50,870 nt of DNA from a virus (taxonomy: Duplodnaviria > Caudoviricetes), in IMG/VR virus record IMGVR_UViG_3300036860_000231, positions 1 through 50,870 of that record; one strand, given 5' to 3'. The notes beneath the pieces were generated by a model. That model saw only the letters and a list, made by a program, of their open reading frames with translations, made no database searches and had not been told where the DNA came from. Shown here in pieces: positions 7,424 to 16,289 of the stretch; the stretch's first letter is position 1; each line of letters begins with the position of its first letter. The position numbers and the translations under genes were made by a program.

Positions 7424-7773
7424 GACACCTTGGCGATCACGAGGTCGTGGCATTCACAGAGGCACGACGTCCCGTCGTTGCCGCACGGCTCGTGGTTGTC
7501 CCCGAACTTCTCCCAGCGGTTGCGGCAGTTGAGGCTGCGCATGGTCTCCTGCGCATGCTGCTCGCCACGTCGGCGCCCTTCCCTGATCCGCTGTTCCCGC
7601 AGCCGGGCCCGCTCGGCCACGTCGGCCGGATAGTCGATCATGCTGGCATCACCTCCATGACCAACACGAAAACAGGTGAGCTGCGTGTGGACAGCGTCAG
7701 GGTCGTCGAGGCGGCCACCGCAAGAACATGAGGTCCCTGGCGGCATCTCCCGCAGCGTCGTCGGCGGGTTCAT
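7420..7773 (-). CDS. Cys/His-rich hypothetical protein
   Basis: Coupled ATGA; CSC, CLCECH. Confidence 0.6.
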   Translation of the reverse strand: MNPPTTLREMPPGTSCSCGGRLDDPDAVHTQLTCFRVGHGGDASMIDYPADVAERARLREQRIREGRRRGEQHAQETMRSLNCRNRWEKFGDNHEPCGNDGTSCLCECHDLVIAKVS

Positions 7774-8108
7774 GCTGGTATCCACTTTCCTTCCCGGATG
7801 AATCCGTGGTCGCCGCAGGAGCACAGCAGCGACGGGCTGAGGGTGAGCGGCTCCCAAGACTCGACCGTCCACCGCGACTTGTCGGGGAAGACTCGTCGTG
7901 CGGTCTCGCTGTCGAAGAAGATCGCGCCCTCGCACAATTCGCCGTCGGCCTTGCGGTGCGCGATGATCGCGCCGATCCACTTGACGTCGGGCAGGTCGGC
8001 GTATTGCGGGTTGAGTTCCCGATCAGGTGCCCAGGTGGTATAGCGCAGCATGTGATCGTGGCCGAGGTCGAGGGAGTCGCTCACCTGCGGCGTCGTCGGC
8101 GGGTTCAT
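7770..8108 (-). CDS. DUF6527-like protein
   Basis: WTVESWEPLTLSPSLLCSCGDHGFIREGKW. Confidence 0.6.
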   Translation of the reverse strand: MNPPTTPQVSDSLDLGHDHMLRYTTWAPDRELNPQYADLPDVKWIGAIIAHRKADGELCEGAIFFDSETARRVFPDKSRWTVESWEPLTLSPSLLCSCGDHGFIREGKWIPA

Positions 8109-8157
8109 GGCACGGACCTGTGGGCTTGATGCTGGATCGGTGCGCCGAGACGTCCGA

Positions 8158-8340
8158 TCATGACGCGACCTTTGCTCGGTCAGCCAGCACCCTGAGCAGG
8201 TAGTCGGCCAAGCGCCGCAGGGCCTCATCCGAATAGCGAGTGGTGTCGATCGGTGGCGGCACAGGACAGCGGTGCTCATCTGTCCACGTCAGACCGCAGG
8301 ATGAACAGACGATGTTGAGCACTCGTTTCCCCTCACTCAT
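8158..8340 (-). CDS. Small Zn-binding hypothetical protein
   Basis: CSSC...HRC; coupled to endolysin stop. Confidence 0.6.
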   Translation of the reverse strand: MSEGKRVLNIVCSSCGLTWTDEHRCPVPPPIDTTRYSDEALRRLADYLLRVLADRAKVAS

Positions 8341-9398
8341 GGCGCAACCTTCGGCCCGAACGTGACGCTGATCACACCGCCGGTGTCGGTGGAGACCCCG
8401 ACGATCTCGAGCTGCCCGGCGACCAGCGCGGCGATCGCGGCCGGGTCAACCGTCTGCCCGACCTTGCCGGCCAGCGTGTCCAGCCGGGTGGAGATGTCGG
8501 ACAGCCCGGCGGCGAGGTCCTGACGGGTCCGCTCGATGTTGTTGGGGTGGGTGTCCGGCTGGGGAGGGTCAGTGGTGGCGTCCCCACGGATCACCGTCCC
8601 GAATCCGTTGCTCACTGTGGTAGTGAGCGCGGCGAACTTGCCATCCAGATATGTCTTGGTTTCTGCGTCCAACGTGATGTCCTCCTGTTGGCCGAGCAGC
8701 TGCGCCCGGAGCTGGTCCAGGGTGCCGTAGAAGCAGTTCGCGTCGACGTTGCCGCTCACCCCGGCCACCGTCGACGAGCTCGTGTATTGCAGCCACGCCA
8801 GCGACTTGAACCCGAACTCGAGCGGCGGCTTGTTGGCGAACAGCTTCGCCTCGGTCCACGGCGCCGACAGGTAGTGGGAGGGCGCCCAGGGGCAGTTCGC
8901 CAAGGCCCTGCCCGCGGCAGTGTAGCCGTGCTGCCGCATCCACCAGGCCGGGACGTAGGCGACCGGCCAGCGGCCGATCCGCTGATGGATCCTGATGGCG
9001 TACCGGTCGACCTGGTCGATGGTCGGGTGGCGGCCGTCGCTGTAGTTCTCGGCGTCCAGCATCACCAGCACCGAACGGGGATTGGTGACCGAAGCGATCT
9101 CGTCGATGAGGAAGTCGGCGCCCGCCTCGACCGGCTCGGCGAGGCCGACGACCCCGTACGCGCCGGGGACCGGGATCTTGCCGAGCATGTGGCTCAGGTT
9201 GGTGCGGCCGAGGTCGTCGTGGACGCCCATCCCGACGGTCATCCGCGCGAGCGCGAACCGGTAGGGGGTTTTGGCGACCGCGGTCCAGTCGATGCCGCCC
9301 TGATAGGCGCTGACGTCGATGCCGAGGGTGATCGCCACAGCTTCTCCCCAAGTGGTATCCCAGACATCCGTCCAGGTGTCGGCGAACAGGTCGCTCAT
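8337..9398 (-). CDS. Endolysin, GH25 muramidase (alternative GTG start at 9338)
   Basis: GIDVSAYQGGIDW, MLDAE, WLQYTSS...VDAN GH25 motifs. Confidence 0.9.
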   Translation of the reverse strand: MSDLFADTWTDVWDTTWGEAVAITLGIDVSAYQGGIDWTAVAKTPYRFALARMTVGMGVHDDLGRTNLSHMLGKIPVPGAYGVVGLAEPVEAGADFLIDEIASVTNPRSVLVMLDAENYSDGRHPTIDQVDRYAIRIHQRIGRWPVAYVPAWWMRQHGYTAAGRALANCPWAPSHYLSAPWTEAKLFANKPPLEFGFKSLAWLQYTSSSTVAGVSGNVDANCFYGTLDQLRAQLLGQQEDITLDAETKTYLDGKFAALTTTVSNGFGTVIRGDATTDPPQPDTHPNNIERTRQDLAAGLSDISTRLDTLAGKVGQTVDPAAIAALVAGQLEIVGVSTDTGGVISVTFGPKVAP

Positions 9399-9521
9399 CA
9401 GCCGGTCCAGGTCAGCGTGGGAGGCAGACGGGATGGCCAGGGTTGGCGGTGCTCTGCGGCACCCGACACCTCGACGCTGCCGAGCAGCTTAGATGCGTCA
9501 ACTGTCACCCATCAGGACTCC

Positions 9522-9917
9522 TCAGTGCGGCAGACAGGCCGGATGCAGGGTACTGCTCGGGTGCGTCGTGCTCTGCGGCACTCGGCACCGGGTTGTCGTG
9601 GTCACCCCGACCGTGGTGCTTGTGACCGTGGCCGGTGGCGGCCCAGTCGTGGGTGGTGGCATCACCACAACGATCCCCGACGACCCCGCTGGTCCAGGCG
9701 GCCCGGGCGGTCCCTGGGCTCCCGGCGCCCCAGTCACCGTCGGCACGGTCGAACTCGGCAGCGTGGACAATGCCCGGCCGGTCGTGGGCGGTTGGGTGCT
9801 GGCTGGCGGCCGCGTCGTCGAGGTCGGGACGGTCGGCTCGAACACCTTCGAGCTGACCGTGACAGCCGCGATAAATGCTGCGGTGGCGATCAGACCGAGG
9901 ATCACCGTCCATCTCAT
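9522..9917 (-). CDS. Membrane-anchored Pro/Thr-rich collagen-like protein (lysis cassette)
   Basis: N-terminal TM, GAPGAQGPPGPPGPAG. Confidence 0.7.
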   Translation of the reverse strand: MRWTVILGLIATAAFIAAVTVSSKVFEPTVPTSTTRPPASTQPPTTGRALSTLPSSTVPTVTGAPGAQGPPGPPGPAGSSGIVVVMPPPTTGPPPATVTSTTVGVTTTTRCRVPQSTTHPSSTLHPACLPH

Positions 9918-10249
9918 GGGGGCTCCCCATTAGGAGTCGCAATGCCCTCGCGGTGCAGCGCGTCCTCGAGCTGGCGGATCCATCGGCGCAGCGCCTGCTC
10001 ACGGGTCCGTGCGGCCTCCATGTCAGCTTCGAGGGTGGCGACCCGCCGGTTGCAGTTCTCAATCCGGCGTTGCGCCTCCGTGATGCCAGCCTGGTAGAGG
10101 TCTCTGGCCGCGTTGAACGCCTCGCGGACCTCATCTTTGCTGGCCTTGGATGCGGCCTGCCGGCGGGCCGCGCCAGCCTGTGCGTATACCAGGATGCCCG
10201 GGATGATGCCGACCATCGCGACCAGGATGCCCGGCAGCCAGGCAGGCAT
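9914..10249 (-). CDS. TM + coiled-coil protein (lysis accessory)
   Basis: N-terminal TM then heptad helix, RQLEDALHREGI. Confidence 0.75.
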   Translation of the reverse strand: MPAWLPGILVAMVGIIPGILVYAQAGAARRQAASKASKDEVREAFNAARDLYQAGITEAQRRIENCNRRVATLEADMEAARTREQALRRWIRQLEDALHREGIATPNGEPP

Positions 10250-10253
10250 GGTG

Positions 10254-10697
10254 TTAATCCTCTGGGAATGGGAGGCCAGCAGCGCACACGCTCACGATGC
10301 CCCCCAAGATCAAGAACGTCATCGTCGCGCGGATCACGGCCACGCCGACGGCCGGCCAGGTCGCCAGGGTCAGCGCGGCCCACACCAGCTTCCACGAGAT
10401 CGCCAGACCGAACGCGAGGCGGTCGTCCCGTATCCACACCTGAATCCCGCAGACCACGCCGATCCCGCCGATGACCAGTGCCCACACCCATAACGGCGCG
10501 ACCCTGATGATGATTTGGTAGGTCGGCGCGACCTTGAGCGTCTTCGCGGAAGTCGGGTCCAGCAGCGAGTACGCCCACACCAGGTCGAGGAGTGACAGCA
10601 GCCCGAGGAACGCGCCGCGGTAGCCGATCCGGCGGGCCGCCCGGTGCGCCACCATGGCGGCCCGGTGGTCGAGGTCGAGGAACCGCTCGCGGATCAT
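10254..10697 (-). CDS. 4-TM membrane protein (holin-like)
   Basis: Four hydrophobic segments; position at start of lysis cassette. Confidence 0.7.
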   Translation of the reverse strand: MIRERFLDLDHRAAMVAHRAARRIGYRGAFLGLLSLLDLVWAYSLLDPTSAKTLKVAPTYQIIIRVAPLWVWALVIGGIGVVCGIQVWIRDDRLAFGLAISWKLVWAALTLATWPAVGVAVIRATMTFLILGGIVSVCAAGLPFPED

Positions 10698-10701
10698 CGC
10701 T

Positions 10702-11256
10702 CTACTGCTTCGATGACCAGCGGATGGACAAGTAGGTCCGGTCCGCGCCGGTCGCAAGCGTCCCCGCGGTCCCACCGGTGTCAAAGTAGGCGAACAGCTC
10801 CACATAGTCCCCGCTGGTGAGCGGGAAGTCGGTGCTCCGGCCGATCGAGGTGACCAGCCCACCACCAGCGCCGTTCTGGGTGGTCAGCAGCACCCGCGTC
10901 CCCGAGGCGACGTTCCCGGCGGCGTTCTGCCGGACCTGAAGCTGGAACGCCGTGTTGCCGAGCGTGTTCGAACTGGAGACTTGGCAGTGGACCGTGTAGA
11001 TGCCGGTCTCGCGGGCGAACACGCGGCTGTTGTTGGTGACGGTATCGTGGCCGGTCACCGAGTAGGGGTCATACAGCTCGCCGCCGAGGGAGATGAGCGT
11101 CCACACCCCGTTGGTCAGGGTGGTCCCGGCGGTGTGATAGGCGTACACCCGCGGGGGGGCAAGCAGGAAGTTCCCCAGGTCGCGGATCTCCCGGTTCAGA
11201 TCAGAATCAGCGACCAGAGAAGCGGCCGCCCAAGTCTGCGGGGCAGGAACAGCCAA
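10702..11256 (-). CDS. Minor tail protein (C1q-like beta domain)
   Basis: LNREIRD, NNSRVFARETGIY, LTSGDYVEL. Confidence 0.7.
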   Translation of the reverse strand: MAVPAPQTWAAASLVADSDLNREIRDLGNFLLAPPRVYAYHTAGTTLTNGVWTLISLGGELYDPYSVTGHDTVTNNSRVFARETGIYTVHCQVSSSNTLGNTAFQLQVRQNAAGNVASGTRVLLTTQNGAGGGLVTSIGRSTDFPLTSGDYVELFAYFDTGGTAGTLATGADRTYLSIRWSSKQ

Positions 11257-11282
11257 GTCTCACCTACCAGGTAGGATCAGGA

Positions 11283-13643
11283 TTAAGCCGGCTCGTAAAG
11301 AAAGCCGCATCTTTGCCCAGTAGAAGCGGCGGCGGTCGAAAGCAAACCGATGGTCCATCCGATGCCCAAGTAGCTGGTCGCTGAGGCGGTGTAGGTCTTA
11401 CTTCCATATACCCCGGCGGCATGCGTAGCGCCGTCGTCGGTGACCACGCCGGCGACCCGGCCATCGGCGGTGCCGGTGGGGAACGCCACGGCCCGCTGTG
11501 CCTCCCCGCCCGGCAGCGTCCACGAACTCGTGAGCCCGCCCGGGTTGTCGCGGGTGAACGCGGCGGAGATGACAAGGTCGGCGGCGCCGGTGGTGGTCGC
11601 GTTCGGAGTGACAACCGTGGCCGAATCAGCGTTCTTGGTGGATGACTGGTCGATATCCACCAGGGCGAGCTGGTCGGTGCCGGAGTAGGCGACCAGCTGG
11701 ATCGACCCGTGCGCGTTCACGGGGGTGCTATCAGTTGCACTCACCACCGTGTTCAATGCAATGGTGCTGCCGGAGTCGCCGGCGGCGGCAGTCTTGCGGT
11801 ACAGGCGGCTCACCAACTCCCCAGCGCCGGCGGCGAGCAGCCTTGAGTCGACCGCGGTCCACCCGGTCGGGGCGGTCAGGACCGCGCTGGTGCCGGAAGG
11901 GCCCATCCACGTGTCGGTGGCCAGGCCCATGTCATCCAGGTACAGGTCGTAGGTTTGCGCGACCGAGCTGGCCAGCCCGAAGTTGTAGGACACCCCAGCG
12001 GCGGCCATCGTGAACGCAGTCGAATCAACCGGCCCCTCGTCAACGGTCGTCTCGGCCGCCCCGCCCGCGTTGGTGTTCTCGAAGATCTTGACCGTGACCG
12101 TGGTCGTCGACCCGTTCCAGACCGCCTTCCATTCGATCCGATTCCACACGTTGGCGGCCGGGGTGATCGTGGAGGTGTAGCGGGTCGCGCCGGCGGTCAG
12201 GTCACGGACGATCACCTTCCCGGCGGTATCCAATCCGATGCCCCAGTTACTGCCGGTGGTGGGGTTCTGCTGCATCAGCCGGGTGATCTGGGGTGGCAGC
12301 GCGGTCCGGTAGTAATACAGCCGGCCGTAGTAGGTGCTCGGCGAGCCGAATGCAGTACTCCAGGTTGTGCGTGAGGTGGACTGCGCTGTGAGGGTGTAGT
12401 GGATCGACGTGGTCCCCGAGTGAGCCTGCGTGCTCGAGTACACCGGATTGGGGGTCGTGCTCAGCGAATCCCACGGGTTCGATCCCGCCGAGTTCGAATT
12501 GCCGGTGGTCACATTGGCGAGGTTGGTGCCCTCCCCGGCGTTCTTCAAACCGACGCGAGTGCACGTGTGGAACAGCAGCATCCCGTCGCCGGCCTGCACC
12601 GTGGCCGGGATCACCAGCGTCTGGCTGGCCGAATTGCTGTACGCCTTGGTTGCGTCATCCCGGAAGGAGCCCTGGTTGACCGGCGGCGGGTTCAAGCTCA
12701 TATCCGGGTTGAAGAACGAGTCGCCCGCCAGCGCCTTGTACCCGTCCAGGGTGGTGGTGGAGCTGTTGAGGCACTCGCTGGCGTTGGCCGACCCATTGAA
12801 GTACACGGCCGCCTTGATGATGTCGTAGGGGGGGCTTTTCAGCAGCGCCCGCATATCCGCGAAGAACTGCGCCTTCGCGTTCGGCTGCCCGCTGACCTCC
12901 CGCTTGCCCCATTCGGCCATCATCATCGGCTTGGTGTGACTGCCGCTCTTGGTGACCGTCGCCCAGTTCACCATCGGATATTTGGTGCTAAGGACGTACT
13001 CGGCGGTGTCACTGGCCGAGGTGTTGCCGTAGGGGTCGAACCCGATCCAATCCACATACGCGTCGCCCGGATACAGCGCGTTCATCCGGGTTGGGAACTG
13101 GGTCTGGTATCCGGATGGCTTGAACACCCAGATGACGTTGGTGGCGCCCTGGGCCACAAAGACGTTGTGGATGTGCTGCGCCGCGCTCGCGTATTCCGCG
13201 TCGGTGCCGTAGGTGCCGCCACCCTCAGTCGAGCTGGCGTTCATCTCGTTGTGGAACGCCAGGAAGAACTTGGACCCGAAGTCCCGCATCGCCTGCGCGG
13301 TCGGGATCACATAGGACGCGTCGTAGACGCCGGCGGCGATGTCGGGCCAGCGGAACTGCGTCGTCGTCCCGAAGATCCGGGGAGTCCAGTGGATCAGCAG
13401 CAGCCGACCCTCCGCCGCCATCGTCGCCTCACCACCACTGGCCGCGAACGAGGTGGTGAAGTCGTTCCAGTCATGGTAGGCGCTGGCCACGTTGAGGATG
13501 CCGTTCGTGGCGGCGGTCCGGTCGATCAGAGTCTCGTGGTTGCGGAGCCGGGTGAGATCCGAGGTGGCGGCGTCGCAGGAGCTGGACGGGTAGCCACCGA
13601 ATAGGCAGCCGCTACTCGGAACCAAGATGCTGGACAGGCTCAC
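11283..13643 (-). CDS. Tail-associated GH26 glycoside hydrolase with beta-sandwich domains
   Basis: FHNEMN (acid/base), YPGDAYVDWIGFDPY, KPMMMAEWG (nucleophile). Confidence 0.8.
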   Translation of the reverse strand: MSLSSILVPSSGCLFGGYPSSSCDAATSDLTRLRNHETLIDRTAATNGILNVASAYHDWNDFTTSFAASGGEATMAAEGRLLLIHWTPRIFGTTTQFRWPDIAAGVYDASYVIPTAQAMRDFGSKFFLAFHNEMNASSTEGGGTYGTDAEYASAAQHIHNVFVAQGATNVIWVFKPSGYQTQFPTRMNALYPGDAYVDWIGFDPYGNTSASDTAEYVLSTKYPMVNWATVTKSGSHTKPMMMAEWGKREVSGQPNAKAQFFADMRALLKSPPYDIIKAAVYFNGSANASECLNSSTTTLDGYKALAGDSFFNPDMSLNPPPVNQGSFRDDATKAYSNSASQTLVIPATVQAGDGMLLFHTCTRVGLKNAGEGTNLANVTTGNSNSAGSNPWDSLSTTPNPVYSSTQAHSGTTSIHYTLTAQSTSRTTWSTAFGSPSTYYGRLYYYRTALPPQITRLMQQNPTTGSNWGIGLDTAGKVIVRDLTAGATRYTSTITPAANVWNRIEWKAVWNGSTTTVTVKIFENTNAGGAAETTVDEGPVDSTAFTMAAAGVSYNFGLASSVAQTYDLYLDDMGLATDTWMGPSGTSAVLTAPTGWTAVDSRLLAAGAGELVSRLYRKTAAAGDSGSTIALNTVVSATDSTPVNAHGSIQLVAYSGTDQLALVDIDQSSTKNADSATVVTPNATTTGAADLVISAAFTRDNPGGLTSSWTLPGGEAQRAVAFPTGTADGRVAGVVTDDGATHAAGVYGSKTYTASATSYLGIGWTIGLLSTAAASTGQRCGFLYEPA

Positions 13644-13664
13644 AGTCGCACTCCTCTATGATGG

Positions 13665-13728
13665 GGCGCGACACGGCGTGGCAAGGCTAGGCCGGGCGAG
13701 GCAAGGCTGGGCATGGCAGGCATGGCCT
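13665..13728 (+). repeat. GGC-NN pentamer tract; candidate gapped-code guide RNA
   Basis: GGCGC GACAC GGCGT GGCAA GGCTA GGCCG GGCGA GGCAA GGCTG GGCAT GGCA GGCAT GGCCT; TATGAT -10 box at 13657-13662. Confidence 0.8.
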
Positions 13729-14300
13729 TAATTGTCCCTATATTTCAGAACAACCAGTAATCCCGCACCGTCCGACCCTTGCGTGATCTGCGGCTTCAGG
13801 ATGTCGTCGGCGACCAGCCCGGTCGAGGTGAACACTGGCGCATTGGTGTTGATCGCCTGCCCAACCGTGATGCTCGGTTTGGTCGATAGCACCGACACGC
13901 CGTTCTTTAATAGATCCACCACACACGCCAGGCCGGTGGCGGCGACGGTGCCGAGCACCAGCCGGATCGACAGGAGCGTGCCGGCCTGCTCGACCCGCCA
14001 CGGTGTCCCATGGGTCGTTGGAGAGGTGACGGTGGCGAACTGCCACGGCACGTCATGCTGCTGGGGGAACAGCGAAACCGCCTGCCACTCCGCCGTCCCC
14101 GCGCCGGTCCCCGCTAGGTACTGGCTCGCCGCCGGCGCCAACGACGAGCCGGTCCCCAGCATCGTCTCAATGACCCGGATCGCCTGCCCGACGTTCTTCC
14201 CGAACGTGAGCAGCCCGCTGGAGCCGCCGGTGATCGGGTCGTTGGCGATCGTCGAATCGTCGTCCAGAGCGACCCGATTGATGTACTTGGAGTCAGCCAT
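13728..14300 (-). CDS. Minor tail protein
   Basis: VDLLKNGVSVLSTKPSI...DDIL small beta domain; in tail module. Confidence 0.75.
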   Translation of the reverse strand: MADSKYINRVALDDDSTIANDPITGGSSGLLTFGKNVGQAIRVIETMLGTGSSLAPAASQYLAGTGAGTAEWQAVSLFPQQHDVPWQFATVTSPTTHGTPWRVEQAGTLLSIRLVLGTVAATGLACVVDLLKNGVSVLSTKPSITVGQAINTNAPVFTSTGLVADDILKPQITQGSDGAGLLVVLKYRDN

Positions 14301-14309
14301 GCGCCATCC

Positions 14310-16289
14310 CTACGACCATGTGTCACTCCAGATGTCGGTCCAGGTTCCCTCGGTATTGGCGATCGCGCCGGCTTGGGCGAGCCGTGTCGTCACCCCAAGC
14401 TCGCTGCGACCGGTCACCCCCAGCTGCCACACGTCATAGATGTCCCCGGGGGAGGCGTTGAACGCGATCAGCCACCGCCCGAGACTGGCAGTCTCGGTGT
14501 ACCCCTCGACCATCAGGTCGAGCGTGCTGGCGGGCGCCTGGGCTGGCAGATTGGACAGGCGGAACTTGGTTGACAGGTCCGCGGCCAGTATCGACAGGGC
14601 CAGCGACGGGTTGAGCTGGTCGAGGCTGAGTATGTCGACAACCACCTGGGGGGTCCTGGTCCGGGGCGTTCCGTAGGTGTTGACCCGCCAGGACGCGGCG
14701 CTGGACAGCTCGTCGGCGGAGCTTGCGGGGATCTCAGCCGAGTCCCGGTAGAGCCCGTACTCGTCCCTCGAGGCCTCATCGACGAACCGCGCGGAGGCGC
14801 CGTCAGGGCGGGAAATGGTCAGGTCATTGACCATCCCGAAGTCATCGCCGGGGAACTGGAGTTCGTCGGCGAGGTGGCCGGCGGCCACATCCAGGGTGAA
14901 CGCAGGGGCCTGGTTGTAGCGCCGCGACCGGTTGTGGAAGGTCAGCAGCCCCGACCGGCCGAAGAATAGGATGCCTGATTCGGCGGCGGCGGCCTGGCGT
15001 GCCACCTCGACGGGCTGCTGCCCGTTGGTCGCCTGCGCCCCGACCCGCCCGTTGCCGGCATCCAGCGCGCGGTCGGCGGTGGGGAGGCCGACCCAGTCGG
15101 CGATCCGACCGATCCGCTGGTCGGTCCGCTCCCCCGCAAGCCCCGTCAGGCCAGCCTGCGCATGGGCGGCGACCCTAGCAGCAGTGAGCGCGGCAGAGTG
15201 GGCGGCCACATGCGACAGGGTGCCATTGAATAGCCGGCCGGCCTTCGGATCCCCACCGATCGACAGACGAGAGTAGGTGCTGAGCGCGGTCGTGGTGAAC
15301 GTGGTCGAGTCGGCCTGCGCGCCGTCCAGGTACAGCAGAGCAGTCACCGTCGACCCGGAGATCGACATCGTCAACGCGCCATGATGCGTGTGGCCGTCAT
15401 CGACCCGGCTCGAGGACTCGAGGTTGAAGTAGTAGCCCCCGTCCACCGCGGTCCACGCGGCCGCCGACAGCTTCCCCCCCGCGGAGATGCGGAGCTCCGC
15501 GGTCGCGCCGGCGGGGGCAGTCAGCATCCCCACGATCGCGATCGTGCTGACAGTGCCCTCGGCGCGGAAGAACCCCTCCAGCGTGACCCCGGCGGAGCCG
15601 ACCCCGGTCCGCAGGGTCGCATCCAGCAGCTTCCCCGCAGTCGACGAGACGGGGGTGAACAGCGGCGCCGACAGCTGGTCGGCGCCCGGGCCGGTGCCCT
15701 GCGCGAACTCGACCGTTCCCCCCGAACCGACCTGCCGGATGGTGGCGGGGTCCTGCGGCTGCGCGGTCACGTTGCCCGCCGAGGTGGATTCGGCCGGCTC
15801 CGACAGCGGATAGTACGCGGATCCGTGGGTCGAGTCCGGGGCGACCGCATCACGGAGGACCTCCTCCTCCACCATCGAGCGGAGCTCCCCCGGCCGGCCC
15901 AGCCGTTTCATCCGGTCCGTCGCGGTGATCGTCGCCGGCGCGAACTGGCCCTGCGGTGCCTCCCAGGTGGTCGGGAACTCGTTGATGTGCCCGTCGAAGC
16001 GGATGTAGGGGGTGGCGCCCCAGGTGCGGGTCCACCGGACCCGCCGGCCGTTGCGGACGTTGGGGTAGTACGGCGACGCGGCCCGGAAGCGGGTGAACCG
16101 TCCGTCGGTGTTGTCGAGCGTGAAGGTCATCACGGTCGGGGAGGTGTCGGAGAACTCGTCGGGGCGGCCATAGTTGGACACGGTGATCTCGGGTGGCAGC
16201 AGCCAGGCGCTCACGTCGGTCCAGGTCGGCGATGCGGCCATCGGCTGCGACACGAACGCGATTTCGAGCTTGTCCGTGACGGCGGTCAC
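14310..16289 (-). CDS. Minor tail protein (distal tail/hub with LamG domain)
   Basis: WTDVSAW, TLDNTDGRF, YYPLSE, DDGHTHH, FNGTLSHVA; follows tape measure. Confidence 0.85.
   Translation of the reverse strand: MTAVTDKLEIAFVSQPMAASPTWTDVSAWLLPPEITVSNYGRPDEFSDTSPTVMTFTLDNTDGRFTRFRAASPYYPNVRNGRRVRWTRTWGATPYIRFDGHINEFPTTWEAPQGQFAPATITATDRMKRLGRPGELRSMVEEEVLRDAVAPDSTHGSAYYPLSEPAESTSAGNVTAQPQDPATIRQVGSGGTVEFAQGTGPGADQLSAPLFTPVSSTAGKLLDATLRTGVGSAGVTLEGFFRAEGTVSTIAIVGMLTAPAGATAELRISAGGKLSAAAWTAVDGGYYFNLESSSRVDDGHTHHGALTMSISGSTVTALLYLDGAQADSTTFTTTALSTYSRLSIGGDPKAGRLFNGTLSHVAAHSAALTAARVAAHAQAGLTGLAGERTDQRIGRIADWVGLPTADRALDAGNGRVGAQATNGQQPVEVARQAAAAESGILFFGRSGLLTFHNRSRRYNQAPAFTLDVAAGHLADELQFPGDDFGMVNDLTISRPDGASARFVDEASRDEYGLYRDSAEIPASSADELSSAASWRVNTYGTPRTRTPQVVVDILSLDQLNPSLALSILAADLSTKFRLSNLPAQAPASTLDLMVEGYTETASLGRWLIAFNASPGDIYDVWQLGVTGRSELGVTTRLAQAGAIANTEGTWTDIWSDTWS

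Noticed and set aside
13665-13728. CRISPR array or simple microsatellite
   Set aside because: No long repeats with spacers; the variable dinucleotides argue against slippage expansion
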